A stretch of DNA of 64,000 bases from Trueperaceae bacterium (GCA_965215565.1 CBDCDZ010000004.1:3488001-3552000); one strand, 5' to 3'; shown: positions 1 through 10,279, counted from the first letter of the stretch. Notes: generated from the letters alone by a model not told the origin. Translations and numbers: made by a program.

Positions 1-963
1 CCCTGTAAGCCCTGCGATGGTGACCACGTCGCCTACCCCGAACTGGTCTTCTACGAGGATGAAAAAGCCCGTGATCACGTCCTTGACGAGCGACTGTGCG
101 CCGAACGAGACGGCTAAACCCAAGATACTCACACCTGCTAAGAGCGCGGTGATATTCGTGCCGAGCTGTCCCAAAACGAAGAGGATAAAGAGGGTGACGA
201 GCACGATGCGCGCCGCCGACTCGACGACGCTGCGGATCGTTGCCGCCCGCGCCACCTGCCTTTCGAAGCGCTGTCCCTCGGTAGGCGTGAGCGCCCGCGC
301 CGTCTTGCGCACGACGCGCAGCAGTGTCCAGATGATGAGCCCGACGACGAGGATGCTCAAAACGCGCCCGATACCGCCGTCCGCCAGCCAGTCGCGCACC
401 GCCACCGCTATGCCGCGCAAGATAGGCACGTTGTAGCGAAAGGCGAAGAGACCTAAAAAGAGCGCCGCGCCGAGCCCCGCCGCCGCCGTCTCGAGGTAGC
501 GCCGCAAGAGCACCGTGCGGACGCGCTCGGCGTCCCTGCGCTCTTGGTCCCACAGTTCGCGCTGTTCGATGGTGCGCAGCGAGGAGCGGCTCCAACGTGA
601 GACGATAAAGTAGAGCATCAAAAAGAGCACCAAGGCGATGCCCGCGTCCGCCACAACTTGCAGCGTAAAGGCGACTGGATCGCTGCTCACCGTCGTCCCT
701 AATTCGGTGATCCAGGTGGTGTCTTCGATCTCGTCGAACCAGGTGGGGTCACTGAACCAGGTGGACGCGGGGTCTGTCCCCGGTTCCGCCTCGCCGCCGA
801 AGCCCGGCAAGCCTAATCCGTTTGTATCGCCCGCCGAACCGGACCCGGCTACGTCTGACCCGGCTGCGTCTGAGCTTGCCTCTGGCGTCGCATTGGAGAG
901 TGGCGCTTCTGTTGTCGCCTCTGGTGGCGTTGCTTCTGGTGTTGTGGACGGTGTTACTGACAT
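1..963 (-). CDS. Mechanosensitive ion channel MscS family protein (3' end runs off window)
   Basis: Not in ORF track because it has no stop in the window. Manual translation from ATG at 963 (preceded by GAGGTG) gives a T/P/E/S-rich N-terminus, TM helices, then LAVSFGAQSLVKDVITGFFILVEDQFGVGDVVTI, the MscS TM3/beta-domain signature. Confidence 0.85.
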   Translation of the reverse strand, partial: MSVTPSTTPEATPPEATTEAPLSNATPEASSDAAGSDVAGSGSAGDTNGLGLPGFGGEAEPGTDPASTWFSDPTWFDEIEDTTWITELGTTVSSDPVAFTLQVVADAGIALVLFLMLYFIVSRWSRSSLRTIEQRELWDQERRDAERVRTVLLRRYLETAAAGLGAALFLGLFAFRYNVPILRGIAVAVRDWLADGGIGRVLSILVVGLIIWTLLRVVRKTARALTPTEGQRFERQVARAATIRSVVESAARIVLVTLFILFVLGQLGTNITALLAGVSILGLAVSFGAQSLVKDVITGFFILVEDQFGVGDVVTIAGLTG

Positions 964-1021
964 GCCTTCACCTCAACCTTAGCGACTATGATGATCGCTT
1001 TAACTACGCACTTCTACCTCT

Positions 1022-1092
1022 TATACGGATTCCGGGTGAATCCACTACAAAATGCATTCGCAGGATGGCGTTACTCACCGGAATCCGTCGCT
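1022..1092. repeat. Dispersed repeat family F, hairpin copy
   Basis: ACGGATTCCGG (1025-1035) is inverted with CCGGAATCCGT (1078-1088); shares TACTCACCGGAATYCGT with 44392-44408. Confidence 0.6.
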
Positions 1093-1195
1093 GTTTCTAC
1101 TCGCTAGAGAGCCATCAGCAGGGCGTATCATGCCGTCAGCACTACCCATTGCGTCTATGATCAGATGCTACCTGCTGCTGAAGGCTCTTTGCTCG

Positions 1196-1219
1196 GGTTA
1201 ATTCTTTTAGGAATTAACC
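1196..1219. terminator. AT-rich inverted repeat downstream of plsX (terminator or operator)
   Basis: GGTTAATTC-N6-GAATTAACC. Confidence 0.35.
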
Positions 1220-1295
1220 GGAAAGGGTATTACACACCAAGCGTATAATGCGCATTTGAGGATTCACTGTGAAAGGGCTATCTTTCCCCTTTAGC

Positions 1296-2312
1296 CTACT
1301 CGCCCATGTGCGCGACTTCACGCTTAGACGCGCTCAGCACCTCCAGCCCGGCGGCAATCTTCTCGGCGAGCTGCGCGTCCACGGCTCGCCGCGCCGTATG
1401 GAGTGCGCTTAGTACCGCTTTCGCGTCGGCGGAGCCGTGACCGATGAAAGCGTGACCACGGATGCCCAAAAGAGGTTGCGCGCCGTACTCGGAGGGGTCA
1501 AGCCGCGCCGCCACCCCTTTAAGTGCAGGTTTGACCAGAGCCGCGCCGAGCTTCGTGAAGAGGTTGCCGCCCGTAAGCCCCTCGCGCAACCAGCCGAAAA
1601 TCGCCTTCGCCTCACCCTCCGCTAGCTTGAGCATAACGTTGCCCGTGAAGCCGTCCGTCACGACGACGTCGGTAGTGCCCTGCAAGAGGTCGCGCCCCTC
1701 GACGTTGCCGTGAAAATTGATGTTGGGCGTCTCTTTGAGGAGCCCGTGGGCTGCGCGGGTGAGTTCGTTGCCCTTCTCCTCCTCTTCGCCAATCGACATG
1801 AGCCCCACACTCGGCTCCGCTTTGTTGTAAAAAGCGCGTGCATAAACCGAACCCATCACCGCAAACTGTTGAAGGTGCGCCGGACGGCAGTCGGCGTTCG
1901 CGCCCGCGTCTACGAGCGCCGAAAAGCCGTCGCCTGCCGGAATATTGGCGAGAATCGCCGGGCGCTCCACCCCTTTGAGACGCCCCAAGACGAGCAGCGC
2001 CGCCGCCATCGTCGCGCCGGAATGCCCCATCGAGACGCACGCCGACGCCTCGCCCTCTTTGACCAGAGTCACCGCTTTCATGATGCTCGAGTCCCTTCTC
2101 CGCCGCACGTCGGACGCCGCGTCGTTCATCGTCATCACGTCGCCCGCGTGGTGAACCGGCAACTCGCCGCGCCCACCTAAGACCTCTCGCAACTTCGCCT
2201 CATCGCCCACTAAAACAACAGGAATACCCGCCTCGTGCGCTGCAAGCGCCCCATCTACGGCCGCCTCCGGCATTGCGTCCCCGCCCATCGCATCTAACGC
2301 TATCGGTTTCAT
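1296..2312 (-). CDS. plsX: Phosphate acyltransferase PlsX
   Basis: IALDAMGGD, RPAI, DAGANAD, DVVVTDGFTGNV motifs. Confidence 0.95.
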   Translation of the reverse strand: MKPIALDAMGGDAMPEAAVDGALAAHEAGIPVVLVGDEAKLREVLGGRGELPVHHAGDVMTMNDAASDVRRRRDSSIMKAVTLVKEGEASACVSMGHSGATMAAALLVLGRLKGVERPAILANIPAGDGFSALVDAGANADCRPAHLQQFAVMGSVYARAFYNKAEPSVGLMSIGEEEEKGNELTRAAHGLLKETPNINFHGNVEGRDLLQGTTDVVVTDGFTGNVMLKLAEGEAKAIFGWLREGLTGGNLFTKLGAALVKPALKGVAARLDPSEYGAQPLLGIRGHAFIGHGSADAKAVLSALHTARRAVDAQLAEKIAAGLEVLSASKREVAHMGE

Positions 2313-2355
2313 TGCGTCTCAGTATAAATGGAGTGGGTGGGGTTTGGCTATCAGG

Positions 2356-2437
2356 GAGCAATGAGCAACGAGCAATGAGTTGAAAGTAGAAAGACTTTGA
2401 TTTTCACTCATTGCTCGTTGCTCGGAACTCATTGCTA
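2356..2437. repeat. Family D heptamer-based (GAGCAAT) hairpin repeat
   Basis: GAGCAACGAGCAATGAGT...ACTCATTGCTCGTTGCTC inverted arms; related copies at 28574-28690 and 63538-63596. Confidence 0.8.
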
Positions 2438-2493
2438 CTTCATCCGCCGCTGCTTTTCACCGTTTTTCACCCTTTCGCGGTAGACTCGCTTCA

Positions 2494-3441
2494 ATGGACT
2501 TTCGTGTTTTCGAAGCGCCCGCAGGGGAACGGCTGGACGTGGCGATTTCTTTAGAGCTAGAAACGAGCCGCACCTACGCCAAAGAACTCGTCAACGAGGG
2601 CTACGTGCAACTGAACGGGCAACCCGTCGCCAAACCCGCCACCAAACTCTCAGGCGCAGAACTCGTCTCGGTGATGCTGCCGCCTCCCAAGCCGATGATG
2701 GTCGAGCCCGAAGAGGTTGACTTGGACATCATCTACGAAGACGACGACCTCATCGCCATCAACAAGCCCCCCGGTATGACCGCGCACCCCACCGCCTCAC
2801 TGCGCACGGGCACCGTGGTCAACGCCCTTCTGGGCCGCGTCGAACTCGCAAAAGATAAGTCCTTTGACCCCGAAGCCGAAGACTACCGCCCCGGCATCGT
2901 CCACCGCTTAGACAAAGAGACTTCGGGCGTCATGGTCATCGCCAAGCGCGACGAAGCGCATCGCCATATCTCCAAATCATTCAAAAAGCGTTTGACGGAG
3001 AAAGAGTACATCGCCATCGCCATAGGTAAGCTGGACGATGACCTCTATATGGACGGACCCATCGGAAGGCATCCCGTCCACGGGCGCAAGATGATGGTCG
3101 GGGGCAACAACCCGAGGAGCGCGACGACGTACTTTCGGGTGTTGGCTAGGGCGAACAACTACCTCTTGGTGAGGGCGAAGCCGCATACAGGACGAACCCA
3201 TCAAATCCGCGTGCATTTGGCGCACTTAGGCGCACCCATCTTAGGGGACGGTGTTTACGGAAAGGGGGCGTCTTACATCTCCCGCCACGCCCTGCACGCG
3301 CACCGCCTTACGCTGCCGCACCCGCAGGACAATCAAGCGATCACCTTTTCCGCGCAGGTCCCGCCCGACATGGTCGAGGCGTGGCTTAGGGTGGGCGGCA
3401 CGTGGCCGCCCACCGAAGAGGTTGCTGAAGATATCCTCTAA
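2494..3441 (+). CDS. rluD: RluA/RluD family 23S rRNA pseudouridine synthase
   Basis: N-terminal S4 domain, NKPPG, HRLDKETSG, TGRTHQIRVH, LHA motifs. Confidence 0.9.
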   Translation: MDFRVFEAPAGERLDVAISLELETSRTYAKELVNEGYVQLNGQPVAKPATKLSGAELVSVMLPPPKPMMVEPEEVDLDIIYEDDDLIAINKPPGMTAHPTASLRTGTVVNALLGRVELAKDKSFDPEAEDYRPGIVHRLDKETSGVMVIAKRDEAHRHISKSFKKRLTEKEYIAIAIGKLDDDLYMDGPIGRHPVHGRKMMVGGNNPRSATTYFRVLARANNYLLVRAKPHTGRTHQIRVHLAHLGAPILGDGVYGKGASYISRHALHAHRLTLPHPQDNQAITFSAQVPPDMVEAWLRVGGTWPPTEEVAEDIL

Positions 3442-3552
3442 GGCTCACGCTGCGGCTCAGCGACACGTTCGTAACCTGCAAAGGGAGAAGAGTGCTATGC
3501 GGTGCTCGTTTGGGTGATGAGGCTGGCTAGCTCGAGCGTTGCACTAGGAGCG

Positions 3553-4110
3553 CTAGCTACGCAACCACGCCTCTGAGTCACCGGGAAATGCGAGCGGACT
3601 CAGTGGTTCGCTGAAGTTTAGGGCGAATGAGGTTTTGTACGCGCCCGCGCCCGGTTCGCGGTAGACCTCGAGCAACTCTCCGTTAAGGTCAACAATCCAC
3701 ACCTCTTGCACACCGTTACGGGCGTAGATAGCAAGCTTAGCGCGGTCATACGCTAGAGAGGTTTGCGCCACCTCGACGACGAGCAAGATGTCTTCTGGTT
3801 CAGGATTTGCGTTTGCGTAGTAGTCAGCTTTAGGCACTAGAAGCGCTAAGTCGGGTTCCGGCATAGACGCGCCTAAGCGTACCGAGGACTGGTTCCAGAC
3901 GAGTGCGCGTGAGTCAAACGTCAATACAAAACGTCGATTGAGGCGAGCTACCGCTGCGCCGTGAGAAGGTCCAGTAGGCGACATATGGTAAATCTCCCCC
4001 TCGAGGAGTTCGACGCGCTCATCCTCGCCGAAGAAGTCAAGCTCCACAAGACGCAGAAATTCATTGGTTGTGAAGGTGTGTTTGGGTGCGCCTACTACCA
4101 TAGATTCCAT
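3553..4110 (-). CDS. Uma2 family (DUF820) endonuclease
   Basis: ELLEGEI..M, PEPDLAL, LVVEVA..S..YDR.KL.IYA..GV.EVWIVD. Confidence 0.9.
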   Translation of the reverse strand: MESMVVGAPKHTFTTNEFLRLVELDFFGEDERVELLEGEIYHMSPTGPSHGAAVARLNRRFVLTFDSRALVWNQSSVRLGASMPEPDLALLVPKADYYANANPEPEDILLVVEVAQTSLAYDRAKLAIYARNGVQEVWIVDLNGELLEVYREPGAGAYKTSFALNFSEPLSPLAFPGDSEAWLRS

Positions 4111-4111
4111 T

Positions 4112-4556
4112 CTACTTCATCAAAGACTCGAGCCTACCCCCAAGCCAGTGCACCTCTAACCCGACAGCTCGAGCCAACTGCGCCTGCTGCTTATCGTTCG
4201 TTACAAAACCGCGTGTCCCGTAGCGTAAACAGCTTGCGACGTGCAATGCGTCAAGTGTGCGGCTCGGCTTACTTGTACTGCTCAGAATTCGGATCGTCTC
4301 ATTGAGCACATCTTGACTTAGCTCCAAACGTCGCGGCGTTTGAGAAAGGTCAGTACGCGCCCGCTCAAAAATACGCGCCGCTTGTTCAGCGCTGAGAACT
4401 CCCTCTCGCTCGTACCTAGAGAGCCCGGAACGCAGTTCGACGAGTAACGGAAGTAACGAGTTGTCCGAAGTCTCGAGCCAAAGCCGCTTGCGCCGCTTCG
4501 GAAGCTGGCTCGCTGAGATAGAGCGGCAAAATAGCGCTCGTATCAAAGTACCTAAT
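4112..4556 (-). pseudogene. vapC: VapC/PIN toxin, frameshifted
   Basis: The PIN N-terminal motif IRYFDTSAILPLYLSE (from 4556) is in a different frame from the C-terminal LVELRSGL...LDALHVA...FVTND; the shift is at about 4445-4460. Confidence 0.75.
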
Positions 4557-4773
4557 AACGCTCGCCTTGTCGCGCTTCTAAAACTACGCTCGTCTCGACT
4601 TGCACGCCTAGCGAGTTTCTAAAGGACTCTAACCCTTCAATGTCAATCGCCTCAACGTTAGCGGCGTCTTCCGGTGGGATGCGTTCGACTAGGCGGAGGA
4701 GGGTCTCTAACGCCTTATCGTCCAAAGCGTGCAGGTGTTCGGTGAGTTTCTCGAGGGTTTGTTGGCGGGTCAT
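4552..4773 (-). CDS. Putative VapB-type antitoxin
   Basis: 73 aa ORF with RBS (AAGGA), overlapping the start of the PIN gene, ending ..EARQGERY. Confidence 0.65.
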   Translation of the reverse strand: MTRQQTLEKLTEHLHALDDKALETLLRLVERIPPEDAANVEAIDIEGLESFRNSLGVQVETSVVLEARQGERY

Positions 4774-4798
4774 GAGGTCCTTTCCAGGCTTTTAGTTT

Positions 4799-5482
4799 TC
4801 AGTTCGTTAGTCCAGGAATCTTTATATTGGAGAGCAAAGGAATTTTATCCATAACGAACTTCCACACATCGCTTACGTTCTCAGGGCTGATAACTTGACG
4901 CAGAATCAGATTTGCAATTGCTCCCCCGATTGCTCGGACAAACACGCCCTTTTTTGTGTCTGCAACAGCCTCTTTCAATAACGATAGCTCCGCCTCGACT
5001 TCCGCTAATCGCTCAGCTAAATTATCGGTAGCTTCCTCGTTACTACTCTCAAGTTCAAAGATACGTGCTTGAATATCCTCTAAAATCTGAACTGCTTTAT
5101 CTTGTTCTTCTTGTGCTAATGGTTCGTTATCGGTTGCTTCTAAAATGTAAGTATCTTGTTGCTTCGAGAATTCTTCCCATAGGTCAGGTTCGTTTTTCTC
5201 TTCTATTAGGGCAGGTATCCAGTCTTTTATGTAGTTAAATGTAGCTTCGAAATCATCTACAGACTTGTTGTCTCTGATTGAATCTTTTCCTGGATAGAAT
5301 CCTATTACGTGATTATACGAAGATGACCTTACTTCAAAGAAATACGCAGAACCTTTATAGCGAATGGTGTAGTGATTTTCGTAACGAGTGAACGAACTTG
5401 AGAAATTGTTAAAGTTCAAGTAATGCGAATCGCAAACTTCTTTTAATACTGCGGCTATCTGGTTTCTGTGCTTTTGCCTCAC
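4799..5482 (-). CDS. Hypothetical protein (AT-rich, coiled-coil C-terminal half)
   Basis: 227 aa ORF, GTG start with GAGG RBS; visibly lower GC than its neighbours. Confidence 0.7.
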   Translation of the reverse strand: MRQKHRNQIAAVLKEVCDSHYLNFNNFSSSFTRYENHYTIRYKGSAYFFEVRSSSYNHVIGFYPGKDSIRDNKSVDDFEATFNYIKDWIPALIEEKNEPDLWEEFSKQQDTYILEATDNEPLAQEEQDKAVQILEDIQARIFELESSNEEATDNLAERLAEVEAELSLLKEAVADTKKGVFVRAIGGAIANLILRQVISPENVSDVWKFVMDKIPLLSNIKIPGLTN

Positions 5483-5504
5483 AACGCTACTTTACCTCAA
5501 TATT

Positions 5505-6944
5505 TCAAACCGCCACCAACCCCTCCTCCACTTCCTCCTCCGGCACCCCCGCCGGATACGCCCCACTAAAACAAGCCAAACAGGTCCGCGTCAGCCCAAT
5601 CGCCCTCGAGAGACCCGCTTCGGAGATAAACGCCAGCGAATCCGCCCCGATGCGCTCACAAATTTCCTCCACGCTCATCGTCGCCGCCGCAAGCTCTTTA
5701 CGCGCCGCCGTGTCAATGCCGTAGTAGCAGGGGTATTTGATGGGCGGCGAGGAGACGCGGAAATGAACCTCTTTCGCCCCGGCGTCACGCAAAAGCTGAA
5801 CGATGCGCCCCGAGGTCGTCCCGCGCACGATGGAGTCGTCTACCAGGACGACGCGCTTACCTCTTACTGAGGCAGTGGGCGCGAGCTTGAGTTTGACCTT
5901 GAGGTCGCGTAGCCTTTGGGTGGGGTTGATAAAGGTGCGCCCCGCGTAAGGGGATTTGTAGAGCCCCAAGTCGAAGGGGATGCCGGACGCGCGAGCGTAC
6001 CCAATCGCCGCTGGTAAGCCCGACTCCGGCACGCCAACCACAACGTCGGCGTCGGTGGGGGACTCGGCAGCTAAGACTTCGCCCATGCGGACCCTCGAGG
6101 CGTGAACGTCCGCCCCGTCAAGCGCCCCGTCCCCTCTCGCAAAGTAAATCCACTCGAAGGCGCAGGGCGTCGGAACAGGCTCTAAAACCTGCTTTGAATG
6201 CAAGCCCGCGTCGTCCGCCACGACGAGTTCACCCGGTCTCACGTCGCGCAGGTATGACGCGCCGATGACATGCAGCGCCGAGACCTCCGAGGCGAAGACG
6301 TAGCCGCCGTCTAGTTCACCGATAACAAGAGGTCGCACCCCGTTGGCGTCGCGCAGCCCGATGATTTTGGTCTTGTCCATGATGACGACGGCAAAGCCAC
6401 CCTCGAGTTCCTCCATCACCTGCGCGGTGGCATCTTCCAAAGAGAGTTGGCTGTAGCGGGCGATAAGGTTGATCATCACCTCGCTGTCGTTGGTGGTCTG
6501 AAAGACCGCACCCGCGTCCAACATCTCGGCGCGAATCCGCTTGGCGTTGGTAAAGTTGCCGTTGTGGGCGAGCGCAAGGAGCCCTTTGTTCGAGCGCACC
6601 GTCAGCGGTTGGGCGTTGAAGCGGAGGGATGAGCCCGTTGTTGAATATCGCGTGTGTCCAATGCCTGTGCGCATGTCAGGTAGCCGCAACTTCTCGATGC
6701 GCTCCTCCGTGAAGACCTCTGCGACGAGCCCCATGTCCTTCTCGATGACGATGTCCTCACCGTTCGAGACGCAGATGCCGCACGATTCCTGACCTCTATG
6801 TTGCAGCGCGAAAACCCCCAAGTGACAAAGCGCGGCGACGTCGGCGGGCTCGGGCAAATGGACGGCGAAGACGCCGCACTCTTCGCGGGGCTTGTCACCA
6901 TCAATATCTGGGTCTATACCGTCATAAATATCAAGGGGAATCAT
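5505..6944 (-). CDS. purF: Amidophosphoribosyltransferase
   Basis: EECGVF, LQHRGQE, GHTRYSTTG, VDDSIVRGTTS, PCYYGID. Confidence 0.97.
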   Translation of the reverse strand: MIPLDIYDGIDPDIDGDKPREECGVFAVHLPEPADVAALCHLGVFALQHRGQESCGICVSNGEDIVIEKDMGLVAEVFTEERIEKLRLPDMRTGIGHTRYSTTGSSLRFNAQPLTVRSNKGLLALAHNGNFTNAKRIRAEMLDAGAVFQTTNDSEVMINLIARYSQLSLEDATAQVMEELEGGFAVVIMDKTKIIGLRDANGVRPLVIGELDGGYVFASEVSALHVIGASYLRDVRPGELVVADDAGLHSKQVLEPVPTPCAFEWIYFARGDGALDGADVHASRVRMGEVLAAESPTDADVVVGVPESGLPAAIGYARASGIPFDLGLYKSPYAGRTFINPTQRLRDLKVKLKLAPTASVRGKRVVLVDDSIVRGTTSGRIVQLLRDAGAKEVHFRVSSPPIKYPCYYGIDTAARKELAAATMSVEEICERIGADSLAFISEAGLSRAIGLTRTCLACFSGAYPAGVPEEEVEEGLVAV

Positions 6945-9151
6945 GCGAGGGCCTCCTCGAGCGGCCTGCTGTACGTTTCCGTTAAGAGGTCAAGAGGTAG
7001 GGTCAAGGTTTGTTTTGGTATATCAATCTCGAGCCTATCGCCACCGACTTCACCGAGGGTTTGAAAAGGGAGCTTATGACTTGTCAAGAGAGTTTGCACG
7101 GGGATGACATCATCTTCTTTGAGCGCTAAGAGGACTCTTGACTGCGCCTCGCCGAAGAGCAGAGCGTCAGCCCGCACCTCATCGTTCAGCGTCACTTTAA
7201 CACCCTTTTGTCCCGTGATAGCCATTTCAGCTAGCGCAACCGCGAGGCCCCCTTCGGAGAGGTCGTGAGCGGTGTCACAAAGCCCTTGCTGAATAACGGC
7301 AGAGACAGCATCTTGGAGGGCTTCGGCGCGTTCCAAATTCAACGCGGGCGGACGCCCGATTTCCAAATTATGCCACTGCGCTAGATACTCCGATGCGCCG
7401 AGTTCAGCCGTGTTCTCACCAACGAGGAGCACGGTGTCCCTATCACGCTTAAACCCTTGCATTGCACGCTTCGAAATATCCGGCAGCACACCAACCATCC
7501 CGACGTTCGGTGTGGGATGAACCGCTCGTAAATCTTCACCTGCGCGGTATTGATTGTAGAGGCTGACGTTGCCGCCAGTGACAGGTGTTGCGAGCGCGAG
7601 GCACGCATCTTTCAACCCCTCGACGGCGCGTTCCATCTGGTAGTAAACGTCCGCCCTGGTCGGATTCCCGAAGTTGAGGTTATCCGTAATCGCAAGCGGC
7701 GTTGCGCCAACACAGGCGAGGTTGCGGGCGGCTTCGGCGACAGCGAGTTTTGCGCCCTCGTAAGGGTCCAAGTAGCAGTAGCGCGGGTTGCAGTCTACCG
7801 TCATAGCGATACCACGAGAGGTTCCCTTAACGCGCAACACAGCGGCGTCCGCTTGACCGGGTAAGACCACCGTATTCGTCATCACCTGATGATCGTACTG
7901 TTCAAAAACAGGGCGTTTCGAGGCGATGGTGGGGCTCGAGAGCAAGCTCAGCAATACCTCTTCCAAATTTTCGGGAACATCTATATCAATACACTGCTCA
8001 CGCTTGGCGCGGACCTCTTCATCCTCAACGCCTTCGCGGGTGTAGGTCGGCGCTTCGTTCAGCGCGGCGACGGGCATGTCCCCAACAACCTCACCGTTTT
8101 CTATAATCCGAAACATACCGTGATCTGCCACTTCACCTACGATGACGGCCTCGAGTTCCCACTTCCCTAGCAGTTCTAAAAGTGCATCCTCTTGACCCGG
8201 TTTCGGCACCAAAACCATGCGCTCTTGCGATTCGGAGAGCAGCACTTCTAAAGGCGTCATCCCCGTCTCGCGGCGCGGCACCTCATCTACGAAAAAGTCT
8301 ATCCCTTGCCCTGCCCGGTACGCCATCTCCGCCACCGAAGAGGTCAGACCCGCCGCGCCCATATCCTGCACGCCGATGACGAGGTCTTCTTCAATCGCTT
8401 CTAGGCACGCCTCGAGTAGTAACTTCTCCATAAACGGGTCGCCGACTTGTACAGCGGGTCTATCCGCGCCACTCTGCTCCGAGAGGTCAGCCGAGGCGAA
8501 GACCGCGCCGCCCAGCCCATCGCGTCCCGTCTTCGAACCCACATAAATCAGCGTATTCCCTACCTCGCCCACCGTCCCCGACTGAAGCTGTTCGTGGCGC
8601 ATGAGCCCCACTGCCATCACGTTGACTAAAGGGTTTTCCTGATAACAAGGGTGAAAGGCGATGTCGCCGCCGACAGTGGGCACGCCGATGGCGTTGCCGT
8701 AGAGCGAGATACCGTGAACGACGCCGTTCAAGAGGTATTTCGTTCGGTCATTATCCAGTTCACCGAAGTGGAGCGAGTCCAAGACCGCCACCGGACGCGC
8801 CCCCATCGCGAAGATGTCGCGTAAAATCCCGCCCACGCCCGTCGCCGCGCCCTGCACGGGCTCCACAGCGGAGGGGTGGTTGTGCGACTCCATCTTGAAA
8901 GCGACAGCGTACCCGCCGCCGATGTCCACGACGCCTGCGTTTTCGCCCGGACCCTGGAGGACTTGCGGTCCTCCAGTTGGTAAGCGTTTTAAGAGGGGTC
9001 TCGAGTTTTTATAGCCGCAGTGCTCGCTCCAGAGTGCGCCGAACATGGCGGCCTCGAGCGCGTTCGGCTCGCGCCCTAGCGCCCCTATAACGCCGTCGAA
9101 CTCTTCGTTGGAAAGGCCAAAGGTAGCGGCGCGGTCGCGGAGGCTCATCAC
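6941..9151 (-). CDS. purL: Phosphoribosylformylglycinamidine synthase subunit PurL
   Basis: WSEHCGYK, ESHNHPS, QDMGAAG, SESQERM, GGNVSLYN. Confidence 0.97.
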   Translation of the reverse strand: MMSLRDRAATFGLSNEEFDGVIGALGREPNALEAAMFGALWSEHCGYKNSRPLLKRLPTGGPQVLQGPGENAGVVDIGGGYAVAFKMESHNHPSAVEPVQGAATGVGGILRDIFAMGARPVAVLDSLHFGELDNDRTKYLLNGVVHGISLYGNAIGVPTVGGDIAFHPCYQENPLVNVMAVGLMRHEQLQSGTVGEVGNTLIYVGSKTGRDGLGGAVFASADLSEQSGADRPAVQVGDPFMEKLLLEACLEAIEEDLVIGVQDMGAAGLTSSVAEMAYRAGQGIDFFVDEVPRRETGMTPLEVLLSESQERMVLVPKPGQEDALLELLGKWELEAVIVGEVADHGMFRIIENGEVVGDMPVAALNEAPTYTREGVEDEEVRAKREQCIDIDVPENLEEVLLSLLSSPTIASKRPVFEQYDHQVMTNTVVLPGQADAAVLRVKGTSRGIAMTVDCNPRYCYLDPYEGAKLAVAEAARNLACVGATPLAITDNLNFGNPTRADVYYQMERAVEGLKDACLALATPVTGGNVSLYNQYRAGEDLRAVHPTPNVGMVGVLPDISKRAMQGFKRDRDTVLLVGENTAELGASEYLAQWHNLEIGRPPALNLERAEALQDAVSAVIQQGLCDTAHDLSEGGLAVALAEMAITGQKGVKVTLNDEVRADALLFGEAQSRVLLALKEDDVIPVQTLLTSHKLPFQTLGEVGGDRLEIDIPKQTLTLPLDLLTETYSRPLEEALA

Positions 9152-9220
9152 CGGAGTATTGTAAAGGAAACGGGCGGAGCATGTGCAGCTTGCGTATAAC
9201 GGAGTGAGCGGCGCTATCTT

Positions 9221-9297
9221 GAAGAGAAAAGGTTAAAGGACTGAGGTGAAAGTAAAACCCTCTTTCCTCTCAGCCCTTTTCTCTTTAACCTCTCTTC
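9221..9297. repeat. Purine/pyrimidine-skewed imperfect hairpin (family E)
   Basis: GA-rich left arm and TC-rich right arm; similar structures at 18355-18425 and 51140-51213. Confidence 0.5.
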
Positions 9298-9358
9298 TAT
9301 CCTTCCCAAACGATTCCCCGAGCAGTGACAGCAGCTCAACCAGTTATACAAATGAGGT

Positions 9359-9856
9359 TTAGAGCAACCTGCGCACGCCGCGCCGCGTCAAGTCGGCGGC
9401 GACGCCGTAGAAAAAGTGCGTGGTCAGTTCGTTCGCTTGTCGTCCTAAGGGAACCTTAAATGGTCCGCCTTCTAAGCCTAGAAGGGGCAGCGCGGTTCCG
9501 TGCGTCAGGGTAAAGAGGGCTGCGCCAAAAGGTACGCCGTAGCCCCTGCTCGCGGCGGGCGCAACTTCGGCGAGTGCGCCGTACGCGCTCCCGGTGAGTG
9601 CCCCGAAGGTCCAGTGAATAGCCTCCTCGAACTCGTCCTCGCGCCCCTCAACTCGCTCGTCGCCCCACACTTTTTTAGCAGCGATGACGGGCGGCGACGT
9701 CGCCTCGGGTGGACGTGGCGGGAACACCTCTTCGGCGAGCGTCTTCACGCCCGTCGCGACGATGCCCCCGATGAGCCCCGCTAACGCTCCTCTAAGAACG
9801 TCCTCTATGTGCACTTCTGGTTGATTTGAACGCTCGTTCACGCTCTCCTCCTTCAC
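9359..9856 (-). CDS. DUF1440-like membrane protein
   Basis: G.LAGLIGG, PPR P..TSPP, IHW.FG, LP.LGL pattern. Confidence 0.7.
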   Translation of the reverse strand: MKEESVNERSNQPEVHIEDVLRGALAGLIGGIVATGVKTLAEEVFPPRPPEATSPPVIAAKKVWGDERVEGREDEFEEAIHWTFGALTGSAYGALAEVAPAASRGYGVPFGAALFTLTHGTALPLLGLEGGPFKVPLGRQANELTTHFFYGVAADLTRRGVRRLL

Positions 9857-10072
9857 ACTGTCTTTCTTGGGTCAAGCTTAACAAAAGGAAAAAGAAGTAG
9901 AGACATCTTTACCTCCCATTCTTCTTTTCGCTCGAGGCTGAATGAAAAATCGGTTGAGCCGTGAGATACGCGCCGTTAGAAGGGCGAATGAAACTCAGTT
10001 CGTATTCTGCCTTCTGTGTTCTCTCCACGTGATTAAGTCTACTCAACCAACTCTTGGGGGTGCCTCTTTCGG

Positions 10073-10279
10073 TCAGTTGAGTTCGCGCTCGCTCTGCAAA
10101 TTCGCGGGCGGCACCTCTTCATCTTCTAAATAGAGGTAGTCGTCAATGGTCTCCAAGAGGTCGCGCAGCCTGGGGTCGTCTACGAGGGCGTCGCAGAGTT
10201 CTAAGCGCTCCGGCTCTTCAAGTGCCGCGAGTGCGTCGATGAGGTCTTGAAGGGTAAGGTCAAAGTTGAGTTTGGTCAT
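10073..10279 (-). CDS. Small acidic hypothetical protein
   Basis: 68 aa ORF with GGAG RBS. Confidence 0.55.
   Translation of the reverse strand: MTKLNFDLTLQDLIDALAALEEPERLELCDALVDDPRLRDLLETIDDYLYLEDEEVPPANLQSERELN

Noticed and set aside
17..1160. Plus-strand ORFs 17-436, 638-982 and 822-1160, and similar short overlapping ORFs throughout
   Set aside because: They are antisense or alternative-frame shadows of real genes, typical of high-GC DNA.
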